From contig OZ024747.1 in assembly GCA_964016885.1 (NCBI GenBank), positions 8,990,001 through 9,054,000 of the forward strand: a DNA stretch of 64,000 nucleotides, given 5' to 3'. This DNA is from Eledone cirrhosa. Its lineage: Eukaryota. The notes beneath the pieces are model-generated. The model worked only from the letters and a program-made list of their open reading frames with translations. It was not told the DNA's origin and did not search any database. Position numbers and translations under genes: made by a program. Below, piece by piece: positions 40,534 through 55,561 of this stretch (position 1 is the stretch's first letter; each line of letters begins with the position of its first letter).

Positions 40534-42350
40534 TCCACTATGACACCAGAGCTACCTGGGGCCATCCACCAAAGTAGGCAATGAAACTCCTGCACAACAG
40601 CAGAATCTTAGGTGAATCTGATGTGACTCCAATGTATCAAGAACCTCATTCATTTTTTCTTTTGAGCCAGATGCAGTGACTCACCTTCTTAGCTGCCTCT
40701 GATAGTGCCCTCGAAAAGTGTTTCTTTCCTTTGAGTAACAAATCAATCTTGGCTCCAACAAATTCTCTTAGCTGTCTATATGGCATCCCAGATTATGTTT
40801 GCATGTTCTATGTATCATGATACACCTGAGATGCCAGCTTCCTGTAACATTCCATTAGTGTAACTATTAGCCAACAGAAATGTCATCCTTCATGTAGCAA
40901 TCAATAATCCTAAGGAATTCCATCAGTTTTCAGCAGGGAAATTGACCTGAATAGGTCAAGTGTTGATGAATTTGGGAAGGTAGATGCCTCCTGCTCTTGC
41001 AGGCTCTTCTAAGAACGAGAAACAGTCTGTTGGTTAGAGTGGAATACTTCTTGTAAACTTTGTATGGGACTCCATCCTGGCCAGGCACACTCTTTGATCA
41101 GGTTTCTTTTTTATGAAATGTTAGAATTTCTTTATTTGAAGGTTGCCAAGATCAAATTTTGCTCCAGGTGCAGTTGGCTTTCGTATCTTCTGCAATGGTG
41201 TCATGGGGATATCTCAGCGATTACCACATCCTCATTATACAAGCATGACTCTAATTCTTCCTTGCTACATGACAAGTCACTGTTTATGTTCTCCTGTTAA
41301 CATATTTAAAAAGATCTTCATTAGACTTCTTTCAGCTCTGCTGCCTGAGCCATATCATTTCTTTTCTTAATTCATGCCAGCTGGCAGATATGCTTCTTAA
41401 TGTTGTCTTATAACATTTTCAAAGGTACTTTTCTACTTTACTTGCCTCAATTCCTCTACTCCTTCTCCTTCTTAACCACTTTTATGCGGTTAAGAGGGAG
41501 AAGAATAATGTGCCAGGAGGCACATTATTCTTCCCATCTCTACTTAGTGTGCTAAACATTTTCCCACCAATGAGGTAGATTGAATCAGCGAGTATCTGAA
41601 GCTCTTTTCCCACTAACAGGCTCTTCTTCCATTTGCCTTACATCTTCAGTATTGCATTTTCAAATTTCTTGTAAGTAGACTGTTCATTTGCTTTAGGCCA
41701 TCTGGTCTTCATTTGCTTATAGCAAATTCTATATAGATGCATTCACAATACATCTGTGGTGTGCTGCCTGGGTACTATGGATGCTTATCATCTGATTGAT
41801 ATTGTAATTCTGTATATACCATCTCAACCTTTCAGCTTCCCAAACTGTTCCCCACCACACATCTGCTCAAGTATTTGAGAATTGCATCTGTTTAAGTGCT
41901 GTCATTTTTCATGTCTATGTTCATTCCCAGTTCATTAAATTGATTTCTAATAGCCCATATTCTTCCTGGTCTCTGAAGATAAATCTCTACATTTTTTCAG
42001 TGGGGCTGCCACCATAGCCACAAACAAGCAATTGTAAATCACTTTTCCACTGCCACATCAACACAAGTCCTTTTCCCTCAAGTCAGGAACTCTTTACTCC
42101 TGGCAGGAGTCCTATTTTCTCAAGATAGGGAGTCTTCTTCCCTCCATTCAGGGTCCTATCCCCTTAGTCAAATACCTGATAAACAAAACAAACTTGTGTG
42201 CAGAGGGCGCAGCTGTACTCTATCCCTGAATGCAGGAATCAATGTCCCATCAGGCGGTGAACTAATTCTATAGGCGTTTTGACCTTCCACTGTGACACCA
42301 GAGATACTCAGACCACCCACCAATGGTGTTGAAGCTCCTGCACAACAGCA
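40534..42350 (-). mobile_element. Highly degenerate, internally deleted RLE LINE (HERO/NeSL-like)
   Basis: C-terminal RALSEAAKKVSHCIWLKRKNE resembles the HERO terminus. A ~65-bp direct repeat lies at both ends (40534-40600 and 42287-42350). Confidence 0.5.
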
Positions 42351-42477
42351 CTATATATATATATATATTCATTTATTTATTTATTCACACATACATAACC
42401 AGACACACACAACATAACCAGACACACACACATAACCAGACACACATATTTATTTACACATACATAACCAGACACAC

Positions 42478-42521
<44 letters not shown>

Positions 42522-42929
42522 GCACAAACAACCATTTTCTTATCACAGTCAACAGCTCTATCAGACTAGTGAGTCCTGACTTTGGCTTGTTTTCTTTATG
42601 GCAGATGTGTCATGGAATTAGAACAGAGAAACTATTAACAGAGGCTGCATCCTTGTGCTTTAGACTAATAATATGGATTTTCAGCCCAGTAGTAGATGTA
42701 GATGACTTTAAACATGTAGAACATCAGTGCTCAAGTGTGGCTGATGAAACTGCACACAACAAAAGGTTTTGTCTTGGGCTCTTGACATGTATTTTTTTAT
42801 GGTTGACAAAAGTAGCTTTTGTAAGTGTGGGGTGAGAGAGGGTGGCGGTGGTGAGGGTGGTGGTGGCAGTGGTGAGGGTGGTGGTGATGAAGGGAGTGAA
42901 ACCATCTCTGGTTCCTCATATACTTATAA

Positions 42930-43501
42930 ATATATATGAATAGATATGTAAATAATTATAAATAGATACATACAGATATATACTTACATATGTGCATCAA
43001 TCTATCGCCCCATATATATATATCTTTCTCTCTCTCTATATATATATATACATACACACACATAAATCCCTCCATTTCTCTCCCTCTTTTCCCTCTCTCT
43101 TTATGCGTGTGTGTATGTGTGAGTGTAATATATATATATATATATATGTGTGTGAATATATATATATATGTGTGTGAATATATATATATGTGTGAATATA
43201 TATATATATATATATGTGTGAATATATATATATATATATATAAGTATGTATACGTACATACGTATATGTATACAGATGTACAGTAGTATGTATATATACA
43301 TACATGCACACATATATATATGTACGTATGGATTCACCGAACATTTATTATAATGCTCGGTGTGTTTGTAAACAAACATCCCGAATTAAGCTGTACAGTG
43401 TCTAGCAACCATCGTTGCTCATTTGTTCAACACTGTCAAAGGAACGCTGTACTAGTTTCAAGCTTATTAGCTATCGTCAGCAATGTATACCTTCCTGCCA
43501 G

Positions 43502-43536
<35 letters not shown>

Positions 43537-43580
43537 AATATATATATATATATGTGTGTGAATATATATATATGTATATG

Positions 43581-43654
<74 letters not shown>

Positions 43655-44010
43655 AATATATATATATATATATATGTGTGAATATATATATATATGTGTG
43701 AATATATATATATATGTATGTGAATATATATATATATATGTATGTGAATATATATATATATATGTGAATATATATATGTATGTGAATATATATATATGTA
43801 TGTATGTGAATATATATATATGTATGTATGTGAATATATATATATATATGTGTGTGTGTGTGAATATATATATATGTATGAATATATATGTGTGAATATA
43901 TATATATGTATGAATATATATAGGTTTGAATATATATATGTGTGAATATATATATGTGTGGATATATATGTGTGGATATATATATGTGTGGATATATATA
44001 TGCGTGGTAT
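42930..44010. repeat. (TA)n/GTGTGAA(TA)n minisatellite
   Basis: Direct inspection. A ~170-bp unique island lies at 43330-43500. Confidence 0.9.
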
Positions 44011-44223
44011 ATACTTATTGACATGGAAAGGAAACGAAGAGCTATTTAATAAATAGATAAGTAGAAACGAGAGAAGGCTGGTGGTGGAAATGGAGAAGTG
44101 ATGAAAGAGTGTAAGATAAGAAATCGTAGCTGGCCAACGAAATATCTGACGGAAAGAACACATATATATATATATATATATATGCAAAAGTTCTATTTAA
44201 AATTGTTGGGATACAACAAGTAA

Positions 44224-44257
<34 letters not shown>

Positions 44258-45169
44258 ATACAGGGTGTCCCCCAAAAATGTATACACATTTTCATTAGAA
44301 TGTTGTTTTTTTGGGACACCCTGTATATATATATAGGTAGAAATATATATATATATATATAGAGAGAGAGGGGAGAGGGAGAAAGAATATGTTATCTATC
44401 GGGGTAGTTTGATGTTGTGATCGTGATGTGTGTGTGGTGCTGAAGTTGGTGGTGGCGATAGAGGATGATGTTGAAAAAGAAGGCGGAAGAGAGAGAGAGA
44501 GAGAGAGCAGGAGGGGAGGAGAAGAAAGAGAGGGGTGGGGAAGAGAGGAAAGAAAATATAAGTTAATGTAATCCGAAAGCCTCCTTCCCTCCCTTCTGAA
44601 ACTCCATTCATTCTCATCCAGCGACGGTGGGTATGGGGTTAGTGGTAGTGGTGCTGCTGGTGAGGGTGGTGGTCGTAGCGGTGGTGGTGATGGTGGTAGT
44701 GGTGGGTGTTTGGTTGGCAGTGTTGGTGGTTACAATAGTGGCGATGGTAGTGATGCTGGCAGCTGTGATAATGATGATGGTGGTGGTGGTGGTGGTGATA
44801 ATGGTGATGGTGGTGGTGGTGGTGGTGATAATGGTGATGGTGGTGGTAGTAATGGTGTCAACAAGACAACGGTGGTAGATCGGAAGTTGTAGATATGAAG
44901 TTTGAAGAGGAGGGGGAGGAGGAGACCGTCTGAAGGGCATTGGCTAGCTTCGGAAGTGAGGTGAAGCGATTACAATTAAAATTCGAAATCACATCACAGA
45001 TTTGGTAAGTGGAAAAGTAACCAGGGTTTCTGTGTGTAAGGGAGGAGCGGGTGGTTAAACAGACGAACATTGCTCCCATAGTTTGACAATCCTCATCCTT
45101 AAGTATGGGAGGATATCAAGGACAACAACAATGTAAATACTTTCATTATTGAAATAAATATATTTTTTG

Positions 45170-45820
45170 TCGATGCTTCAGCTGTACATAACCTTGCTAG
45201 GAGTAAGATCATAGGAGCAGGGTTGGCGCTACCGTTAAAGACAACTTAGTGGCCAGATGGGGTGCAAACCTCAGAGACGCACGTCACTGAACCTTAAATG
45301 ATCACACTTTTATACAAATTCTCATAATAAAATTGAATATGTAATAATTTCCTGCGATCAGGATTTACATGCGCAGCCGGGCTGGACGGAATTGTCGGGT
45401 GTAAAATCAGTCGGCTGGAATTTGCAAAAGATATGGTGTTACTTACCTCGATAGAAGATGATCTCCGACTGGCACTCGATATATTTAATGCCGAGTGCTG
45501 CATGGCAGGAAGGAAAATCAGTGTTGTGAAAACTGAGACACTCCTCCTCTCAAAGAAGCCTGCTCAGTGCACTCTACATGTGAATGGAGTTCTACTGAAA
45601 TGAGTAGAGAAGTTCAAGCATCTCGGGGTCGTGGTGGAAGGCAGGAGGCTGAATTAAGTGCAAGAATTGCAGTAGCTGGTGCAGTAATGCACCAGCTTCA
45701 GCATTCGGTAATCAGAAGAAGGGAAGTAGGAGTAAAAGCCAAACTCGCTATCTTCAATTCGATGTTTGTGCCAAGTTTTACCTATGGTCATGAATCTTGG
45801 GTAATAACCGAAATAATATA
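45170..45820 (+). mobile_element. RTE-clade LINE fragment
   Basis: LEFAKDMVLL (FADD-like) and ARIAVAGAVM..KAKLAIFNSMFVPSFTYGHESW. Confidence 0.75.
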
Positions 45821-45989
45821 ACATTACTTGATAGAGTACGTAGTTCAGAGAGTTACTCCAGGTAGAGCCGCGTTTGTGGAATGTTCGACCATTTACACTT
45901 TAATTTCATGAAGAGACTGTTCTATTGATCCAACAACTGGAACACTCATCGTCGAAACCACCGAAGGTCCAATTCATTTTGATTGCCTA

Positions 45990-46280
45990 CAGCGATGGGA
46001 TTAGTTTGTTCGGCTCACGATCGTAAGGTTGCGAGTTCGATCGCCTGCGGTCTGTTATGTCCTTGAACAAAATACCTTATTCCACACTGCTCCAGTACAC
46101 CTAGCAAGGAAAGAATGAGTTGTACTTGAAATTCAAATGGTCAGCGTTGCCACACAATATCATGCTGAATCTCCCTGAAAATTATACTAAGTGTGCACGT
46201 AGTTGTAGAATGCCCAGCCATTTGCACAATAATTTCACGAGGAGGTTGATCTATTGATTGAACAACTGGAACACTGATTG
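45990..46280 (+). mobile_element. SINE family B with a fourth tail type
   Basis: Head GAGTTCGATC..CCTTGAACAA, then tail GCTGAATCTCCCTGA..AATTTCACGA..CAACTGGAAC. Similar at 61245-61495 and 37010-37165. Confidence 0.65.
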
Positions 46281-46519
46281 TCGAAATCTATCGCAGCTTT
46301 AACTCCTAGCTGCTGCTGCTGCTGTTGTTGACACTCATTTTCAGCTGAGTCGATTTGGACAACGTGGAGGGAAATGTTTTGCTCAAGAACGCAATGTGTC
46401 GTCCGGTTCAGGTATCGAACCCACGACGTTACAATCGTGAGATCAGAACTCTAACCACCTGACCGCACACCTTCTCAATTCACACGAGGGAAATAAATAG
46501 GCCAAAAGTTTAGAAATGC

Positions 46520-46521
<2 letters not shown>

Positions 46522-46552
<31 letters not shown>

Positions 46553-47135
46553 AATTATTGTGTACAGTGCTCAGGTGTACTACAACTCATCAAAGGTGCA
46601 TGTATAGTACATAGAATAATATACAAATGTCAGGGAAGTAAATAGTGTATGAGTCATGATATACATGTGTGCGTGTGTATGGAGGGGGAATATTAGGTGT
46701 AATGTTGGCGAATCTCAGGAAGCATGGAGGTTTTAAAGGATGCAGTGTCTTGGCAGCTAACAACTGATGCAGGTAGTTTGTTCCATGCTTCAGCAACTCT
46801 CAGCGTGAAAAAATGTTTACGAAAGTCATGGGAGTTGTGCTTTTTTCTGACTTTGTTGATATGCCCACAGGTGTTAGACACTTTTGGAAATCAAAAAGGT
46901 ACTCAGGGTTGTTGTTGGCAAGATAGTTAATAATTTTGTGAGTGTTTACCAAGTCAGTTGCCAGACGTCGGAGCTTCAATGTATCCATGCCCAGGGAAGC
47001 AAAGTGTTCAGAGTATGGTAGATGCCTGATGGAGGGTATTCGCTTGGTTGCATGTCTCTGAACAGTTTCCAGGTGGTCAATGTTCTGCGCAAGATAGGGG
47101 TTCCAGACTGGTGATGCAAATTCTAAGTGTGCCAG
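46522..47135 (-). mobile_element. CR1-type LINE 3' end
   Basis: HLEFASPVWNPYL..LETVQRHATK..LRRL..DL; FRKHFFTLRVAEAWNKLP; (ATT)n tail. A stub of the same 3' end is at 12715-12757. Confidence 0.85.
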
Positions 47136-48284
47136 ACTGGGGATGCAAAACAACTGCTAAATATAAGATTAACCTCACAACGCAATGTCGCAACAATGAC
47201 AACATGATTCAAAATTAGGACAATGTTTTTTTGTTTTGTTTTTAATTCTCATAGTTTAATTCTCTTTAGTTTGGTGAGGTTCTCAGACGTATATAAATAG
47301 TTTCTAAGGAAAAGGAAAAGTCGATAAATCGTTGATTTATCGACTTTCTTGATTGGCATTTTATTTTATAGACCCTAGAAAGATGAAAGACAAAGTTAAA
47401 TTGACAGAATTTGAACTAAGGTCGAACAATACCAGAACAAATATTGTCAAGCATCTTATTCGAAGCTTTGACGAATCTGCCAATCCACCCGTCTTCAAAT
47501 ATCCCCTAAAATGTATGGTAAGTTTTTAACATTAAATTCAAAATATATAGAGTTACGTTTCTTGGTACAATAAGAATTTGTAGAGTTACTTCCCTTGAAA
47601 AGCTACTATTTAAAAAAAAAAAAATTCTAGTAAACTCACCAAGTCGTAATCCATTTAACGTTTTTTTTTATATTGAATTACTTTTTGAAAATTATAAAAA
47701 AATAATTAACTTCTAAAATATTCCATCAAAAATGCCGATAATTGAGAGGCAAGTGTGTTTTATCATGTTATTTGCAGTTGAGAGTTATGTACCCTTGAAA
47801 TTTCATAAATATCTTTACATGGGTAAAACAGAGTCTAATAAGCCTTTTTATGATGAGAGGAATGTATCGTTAGACCAGAGATCTGACCCGAATATTTGTA
47901 ATTGTGTTGACTCTTCTTTAGGAAACTATGGTAGTGGTGGTGTTATACCAGCGATGGTTTTACACCATCACCACCACCACGAAGACCAGTCAGGACCAAG
48001 TACAAAGCCCTTTGAAAAACTTCCATACCATTCCTATTTATTAAATGTTACTGATAGGCTTTTCCTAAAGTGTTTCCTTTCTGGGATCAGTTTTGCCACT
48101 CATCCTTTCAAAGTCGATAAAATAAAGTACCAATCCAAGGGGTGGTGGATTAACAAAATTGCTAGAGTTTCTGACAAGATACCCTGAAGTATTTATCTAG
48201 TCGCTCTTTCTGTTCCGCGTTCAAATCCTGATGTGACTACATGGGTGGTACAGTTAATCCGTCATCCTGTTTAATAACACCATT

Positions 48285-49600
48285 TAAGAGCAATTAAATA
48301 GCTCAAATGTGGCAAGGCCGCTGGGGAGGATGAAATTCGATCCAAGATGTTAAAAGCCTTAAATAGAGAAGGTGAGCTCATGTGTGCCAGGTAGCCTGGA
48401 ACTGTGGACTCTGGAAAGACATCTAAGCAATAGCAATTTTCAAAAAGGGGAGACAAGAGAGATTGATCTAATTATAGAAGCATCTCATTGTTAAGCCTCC
48501 CTGGTAATCTCTATGCTAAATGTCTGGTAAAGTGATGTAGGGATATTGATGAATCCATGGTAGCTGATGAACGGTGTAGTTTTCGTCCCAGATGCATCAC
48601 AGCTGATCAAATATTAAAATTGCAGCAGGTGTTTCAGAAATTATGGGAGTATTGCCAAGAGGTGTATGCTTCTCTTGTAGACTTTGAAAAGGCATACAAC
48701 TGCATCCTAAAGGGCCTGTTGTGAAAGGTTTTGCAGACGTATGGGCTTGATGGACAGCTTCTTGTTGCTCTGAAGTCCTTATACAAATGCCCTAGTATTT
48801 CTGCTCAGATAAATGATGCAAATTTGAAACCATTCAATGTGGTTCACGATTAGTCAATGTAAGATCTGTCATCTGGAATTTGCAGACATATTACTATTTT
48901 ACATGTCGAAAGGTGATCTCTGACATGCACTTGATAGGTTTGCTGTATGTAAGAATAAAAATTAGTGCTGTGAAGACTGAGATACTTGCCCTCTAAAGGA
49001 AGCCTATTCAGTGCACTTTACATGTGGAATTCCACTGAAGCAGGTGGAGAAGTCCAAATATATTGGGTGATGGAAGGCAGGAGCCTGAATAACGGGCAAG
49101 AATTGCAGGAGCTGGTGCAGTAATGTGCCAGCTTCGGCATTCGGTCATCAAAAGAAAGAAGTAGGTGTAAAAACGAAATTCGCTATTCATGCCAATTTTT
49201 ACCTAACATCATGAATCTTGGGTAATGACTGAAAGAATCTGATCGCAAATACAAGTGGCCGAAATGGGGTTCCTCTGAAGGGTCTTTAGAATAATGTTAC
49301 TCTCATAGTGCATAGCTCGGAAATTATTGAGTTGCTCCAGGTGCAACTGCTATTTCTCCAAATTGAGAGATCACCTCTCCTATACTATGGATATATGGTC
49401 AGAATGTCAAAAAAAGATTTTACAGGCCAAACCAGCAGGAAACTCAGGAGTAGACCCCAAGCAAAATAGTTGGATAACATCCATAAGCTCAGCTGGCATT
49501 GCTTGGGGATCCAGTTGAATCAATTGGAGACAGTTTCTTCTAATAGGACTTGCTGGAAAGTGTGCTTGAGGACTGCCTCCATGACACTCCCAGGAATAAA
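48285..49600 (+). mobile_element. RTE-clade LINE reverse-transcriptase fragment
   Basis: LKCGKAAGEDEI, FKKGDKRD*SNYRSISLLSLPG, DQILKLQQVF..VDFEKAYN. Same family as 45170-45820. Confidence 0.85.
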
Positions 49601-50921
49601 TGAGTAAAGAGGAAGAATTTTTAATTCTTGTGCGTACACTTTGGACAATAGATAATTGGTCAGTTTAGGTATGTAAAATAACAAAACTTGACTTTGGCTT
49701 GGTGTCAAGCCTGTTAATTTTGACAAAGAAGAAACACCATTTGTTAATTTTCTAATATTGATTTTTATATTAGTTTTTATGTTTATCTTAATGTATTATT
49801 TACCTTATTTTAAAATATTTATAATTATAATCGGTCGACTTAAAAGCATTGGGAAAATTTTAAATGTAATCATCCAAATGTAAATGATTTAATAACAGTC
49901 GATCTCTATTAATAATATTTAAGGAAATTGGGAGACTAAAAAAGTAGATAGAGGCGCCTACAGTTAACATTTCAGGTTTTCCAGTACTCCTCGCGACGCT
50001 GCTGTCTTTTGCTCTGGTGTTGGTTCGGTTGTTCACCCCTTCCTTTACATTTTCTTTAATATTGTAACATTAAAAGAATAATCTTTCTGAAAGAATAATT
50101 TATAATGTTATCTGAGCATTTGTAATGTCATTTATGTATATATATATAAAATATATTTGTTATGTTATTCTACTGTAAACTTATTTATATGCTCTGAATA
50201 ATAAAAATTGATTACTACCTTGAAATAAATGGTAAAACCCAGATTAAAAAAGGAATCTATAATTATGTATTATTTACCTTAGATATATATAATTACTAAA
50301 ACACAGCTGTTAGAATCGTTAGAAGACCGAAAACAAAACATGACTGGCAATGTTTATAAAGAAACCTTTACGTTCTGAGTTCAAATCATGCCGAGGTAAA
50401 CTTTGCAGTTTATCCTTCCGGCTTTTAATGGGAGAAGAATTAGGGCTTACCCGGGGGTTGATATTCCGCAAATCACAGACTAATAAAAAACAAAATAATA
50501 AAAACAAGGGTCAATTAAACAGCGGGTAGGTCGTGACATTAAGAACATATTTACAAAAATATGCGACAGGGATACATAGGCATATTGGATCGCAATACAA
50601 AATGCAACTCTTGCTGCGAATCATAATTAAAAACATACACAAAAACAGAAAAATCCCACATTAAACAGTGTGGATGGTCACGGCTAGAACGCTTTCGATT
50701 ATTAGTCGGCTTGATCGGTTAAAATGTTCAATATTAGAAATTACAAACACACCCCTTCCCCCCCAAAAAAACATGAGAGAAAAGAAAATTACCTCCCCTT
50801 TATGTCAGTTATAACTAAGCGAGTCAGTAAATTGTGGATTTGGTTTAAAGGGTGCAGTAGTAGAGTCTTGTAGGCCATTTGCTTGCATGGTGAACTGAAC
50901 TTGCCACTGTACGTTGTGTAG

Positions 50922-50987
50922 TCAGTGCGGATGTGTGTATGTGTGCGTATGTGTGGCCCGCCTTCTCCTGGCTCTAACACACGGAAG
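50922..50987 (+). promoter_or_regulatory. Probable first (non-coding) exon/TSS region of the ZNF gene
   Basis: Perfect donor AAG|GTAAGT at 50987/50988. Inr-like TCAGT at ~50922. Locally GC/CpG-enriched unique sequence. The start coordinate is a guess. Confidence 0.5.
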
Positions 50988-51820
50988 GTAAGTGTTTATA
51001 CCACGACCATGTTCTATTACTCCCTCTCTCTCTCTCACTCACTCACATTAGCTCTTACTTGAGAACGGGACTTCGAAGATGAGGATGATGATGATGTTTG
51101 AAGAGTCGTAGGAGGCAGAGGGTCGGATTGTTTGTTGGGCGGGTGGCTGATTGTCAGTAAAAGAAGTGTATTTTATCAATCGTCGAGCTAGGTGAGGTTG
51201 TTGTGTATGTGTGTGTGTGTTTATTAGCGACAAAGGAGTATATGTGTGTATTTCAGAGATTATATATGTATGAATGAATGTTTGTGTATACATTGGGAAA
51301 GGAAATGTCTGTGTTTCCAACTAGAAAAGGGAGAGTGTGTGTCTCTGCTATATATATATATATATATACATTATTATTATTATTAATCATGAAGAAACAT
51401 AGGGAGTGGATATATATGTCAGATGAAGAGAGATCGACAAGTATCAAGGAAAGAAGAAAAAACTGTGTGGTTGTGCATAAAAGAAATAGTAAATCGACTT
51501 TATATATTTTCTATCACATGAAATTAGAATTACAAATTTTCTTAGAATTGCGATCATATTTCTATTCCTTTTCTAGTTTTCAACTCGTAATTGCCTGGAG
51601 AATTTCCACTTTGGTATACATAAAACAGCCATAGTGCTAACAATTAGCATACTTTGTGTGTGTGATAATAATCCCAGAAGAGATCCAAATGTATATGTAT
51701 ATATGCACGCATATATACACACACATATATATATGCATATACACACACACATATATATATGCATACACACACACATATATATATGCATACCCACACACAC
51801 ATATATATATGCATATCCCC

Positions 51821-51874
<54 letters not shown>

Positions 51875-54049
51875 TTCGGAGAGGGGGGAGCTATGCGGGG
51901 AAATGACCCATCCTACTCGTCATACGAGCATGGAAAAACGAACGTAAAAAGACGATATACACACACACACACACATATATCTATATGCGTGGAAACTTTA
52001 TAATTATGTATGTTATATTATAAAGTTTCCGCGGAATAATGCCTAATTAATAATTAAATAAAACAGTATAAACTGAATTCGGAAGTACTTGTAATTGTCT
52101 TAATTATGTTCCAACATTCCCCAAACGACCCACTTGCTGTTATTATTGCCACCTAACATTAAGTCAGTCCTAATAAAGTAGACCTATCATCAAAAGCATT
52201 CTTGTCGTGACCATTGCGCCCTTTTTACGTGACTGCGTTATTTAATATCACCTCTCCTCTTTGTAAGACGGCGTATATGTATGATTTTACGGAGCTTTTA
52301 GCTGTTATTTCTAGCAGGTAGGCCATATAGACCCGCCCTCGTCTGCCTCGTCAATAAATTACTTTTTTAGCAATGATCTAACATAACTATAATTCGAAGG
52401 CGTTCCAGCCATGGCCATCCTTGTATATCTAGGACTACATTTGTTCATTTTTTTTAAAAAGGCGGTTGAGTGTGAATGTAGGCAGATTTGGCTGTTATTT
52501 CTAGCTACGAAGAGGATCGTTCGCGGGTTCGACAGCAAGTTAGTAAATGTGCAGCGTCTTGGAACAACATACACATATGCAAACACTCGCACTTAAACAC
52601 GCACTATATAAGTAACATTTCCTAAATGCTACAGGTTAGAACTGTTCTGACGTGTTGTGTGTTCGGATATCCGGGTGCCTGTTTTAATAACGGAAAACAA
52701 TTTGTCCGAAATTGCAACAAAACAATATTGTATGATTTTATTTATAAAAAGAAAGTTACTACAGTATCTGAGTAGATTTCAGCGAACATAAAAGCAAGAA
52801 GAAAAAAAAAATGATTGCCCACTTGGTGTCGTATTAACACGTTTATATTTATGTACACAGTGTCTTTCATTATAGTCTCGATGGCGATCAAAGCCTTGTG
52901 AGTGAAAGGTTTTGGTTGGCGGAAACTGTGTAGAAGTCTGTTGGTGGTGGGGCAGTTTCTGTATTTGTTTGGTAGACTTATTCCATCGTCCGGTTTAATA
53001 CCACCGCTTGATCTTTTGGGTGTCTTTAGTGGAATCCACTGTCAATGGCGGGTTAGGAAGGGGATGCCGACTGTGCAGTAGCTAGGGACCCACAATATTT
53101 GAAAGGTACCAAAATTAATTTTATTGTTTCCATGAATAAAGTCAATTTGACGCAAACGCCTCCTATTATTATCTCAGCCAGAGGCACCATACAAAACTAG
53201 TTCGTCCTTGTTTACTGTATTGCAATACTTCAGGTCAGACTCCGGTCGGAATATAACTTCATCCCTTCTTCCAACAAATTTTTGAGGCCTTGAAAATAGT
53301 GATGTTTGCTGCCCATCTTGCTCCGAGTTTAGTATTAAAAAAACATTGGAGATCGTGAAAATCTTATAAATGTGTATATGTCTTCTGTTGTCTCACGACA
53401 AACAAGGTATCAATGTTACCCAGGGTCAGTGCCTGGGTAGTTAACACTCTAGGTTACCCTCTTACAATGTGTGCCTGTGTACTTAGCCCCCTTGGCTATC
53501 CCTGCAGTGTGTGCCTAGATAGCAACCCACTCTAGGCCTACAATGTGTGCCTAAGTAGTTAGCATATGCACTGATTAATCATCATCATCGTCTTTACATG
53601 TTTTTCCTTTTCATTATCATCGTTTAACGTAATTTTTCCACGCTAGCATGGGTTAGACGAGTTGCTCCATTGAGACAAGCCAGGTCAGTAACTACAAAAA
53701 GTGAAAGCAAATAATGAAGAAATATTTAATGTTTGATATAGTAAGAAAAGAGTCTTTATGTTTTGGACACTGGTTCTTCATTGGAAGATAGAATGAGAAA
53801 TAAAAGATGAAATAGAAAGATAGAGGAAGAAGAAAAAGGAACGGAATAAACATTTTTTGAGAAAAAGCATGTGTGTGTTTAGTTAGCCATTTATATATAT
53901 GTCTTGATGTATTGTCTGATGATTCTATGAGTACACAGATAAAACAACAGAGAAACAAAATTGAAATAATAAAAAAAATGCATCTCTACTATGGTATTGG
54001 GTATTCATTCTCACAACCGTTAATACTAACCAGATATATGACAATCGGT

Positions 54050-54376
54050 AGTGATGATCCCAATTTTCAAAAAGGGAGGTGAGAGATTGTTCCACTTACA
54101 GAGGGATCTCCTTGTTAAACCTCCCTGGTAAAGAGATGTAGAGAGATTGTCGAATCCAAGCTAGCTGATGAACAGTGCAACACAGCCGACCAAATATTCA
54201 CACTGCAACAGGTCTTTGAGAAATCGTGGGAGTATTGCCAAGAGGTATATTCTTGTTTTGTAAATCTTGAAAAGGCATATGACCACATTGCTAGGGCCCT
54301 GCTGTGGAAGATTCTGCAGGAGTATGGGATCAATGGTGAACTTCTTGTTGCCCTGATGTCTCTATACAAACGCCCA
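54050..54376 (+). mobile_element. RTE-clade RT fragment in the ZNF intron
   Basis: YRGISLLNLPGK and DQIFTLQQVFEKSWEYCQEVYSCFVNLEKAYD. Confidence 0.8.
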
Positions 54377-55561
54377 AATATATATATAGATATATATTTG
54401 TATAATTAATCTGATTATGTGTTAGTTTAACACCAACTCTTCAGTATGCAGAGTAGAACACTCAACGAAGTCCACAAGAGGATCTGTTAACTCCGGAGTA
54501 AATTTATAAGCCAGAGGCATAAGTCAACATTTCATAATTTACTTCTTTCATTACCATATGAAGAGGTCATAGCTGTTGAATTGTGGCTATCACCAAAATA
54601 TATATAACGGTAATAAAAGAAGTAAATTATGAAATGTTGACTTATACCTCTTGTAAACCACCATCATCATCATCATAATCATATGTCCACTCTTCATCTT
54701 ATACTCAGTTTTTCTCTCAGCACATTATTATTGCAGATCCAATGGAGCATGCTCGCTTCATTTCTCTCCAACCTCAGCATATCCTCTGCATTTACTTCCT
54801 ATGTTTCACCTCCATGCAACAGTGAGGTGTCCTTCCTGTCATCAACAACCTTATATATATTACACTCAAGTCAGAGTTCTGTTTACCTGGAGTTTTGCCT
54901 CTATATTCACACTGTACTCTGTAGGAGTACACTAAATGACACTGAAGTCTACAGGAGTACACTGTTGTCTGTAGGAGTTTGGTATGATAACTGTGTGAAT
55001 ACACAAGTGAAATTCTAGAGTAACAAGACATTGACCTAATCTTAATAAGTATTTTCAATTTTTACTATGATATTCAGTACTCGATTCTAAACTTATATAT
55101 ATATATATATTGATTATTTATGTAAGTTCAGAATGACATCTATCTCTACATAATAATCAATATATATATTTTAAATATATTTAAAAAAAGCTAGGCAGAT
55201 GTCTTAACTGAACAACATCTGTTCATTAAGTAATCCTGCTAACCTTTAATATAAATTTAACAAAGAATGAATTGTATTATTTACAACATATGCATGTTGT
55301 TATGCCTGATATATAGAGTACATATTTCCTGACCATATTTCTAATGAAATACACTATTTCAATTAATGAAGAATTTTGAAGGATTTACTAAAATTATTAA
55401 TTATTTCACTACTAAGATTGTAACTTAATGTAAGGTTCTTATATAAAATTATGTTGGAAGATTTCAATTTAAATAGGGACTCTTTAAAATGGGTGGTTTT
55501 GTTTCACAGAACCAGAGCTAGTTTTGACCAGGTTGGTATCAAAAGGGTTTTATATATATAT

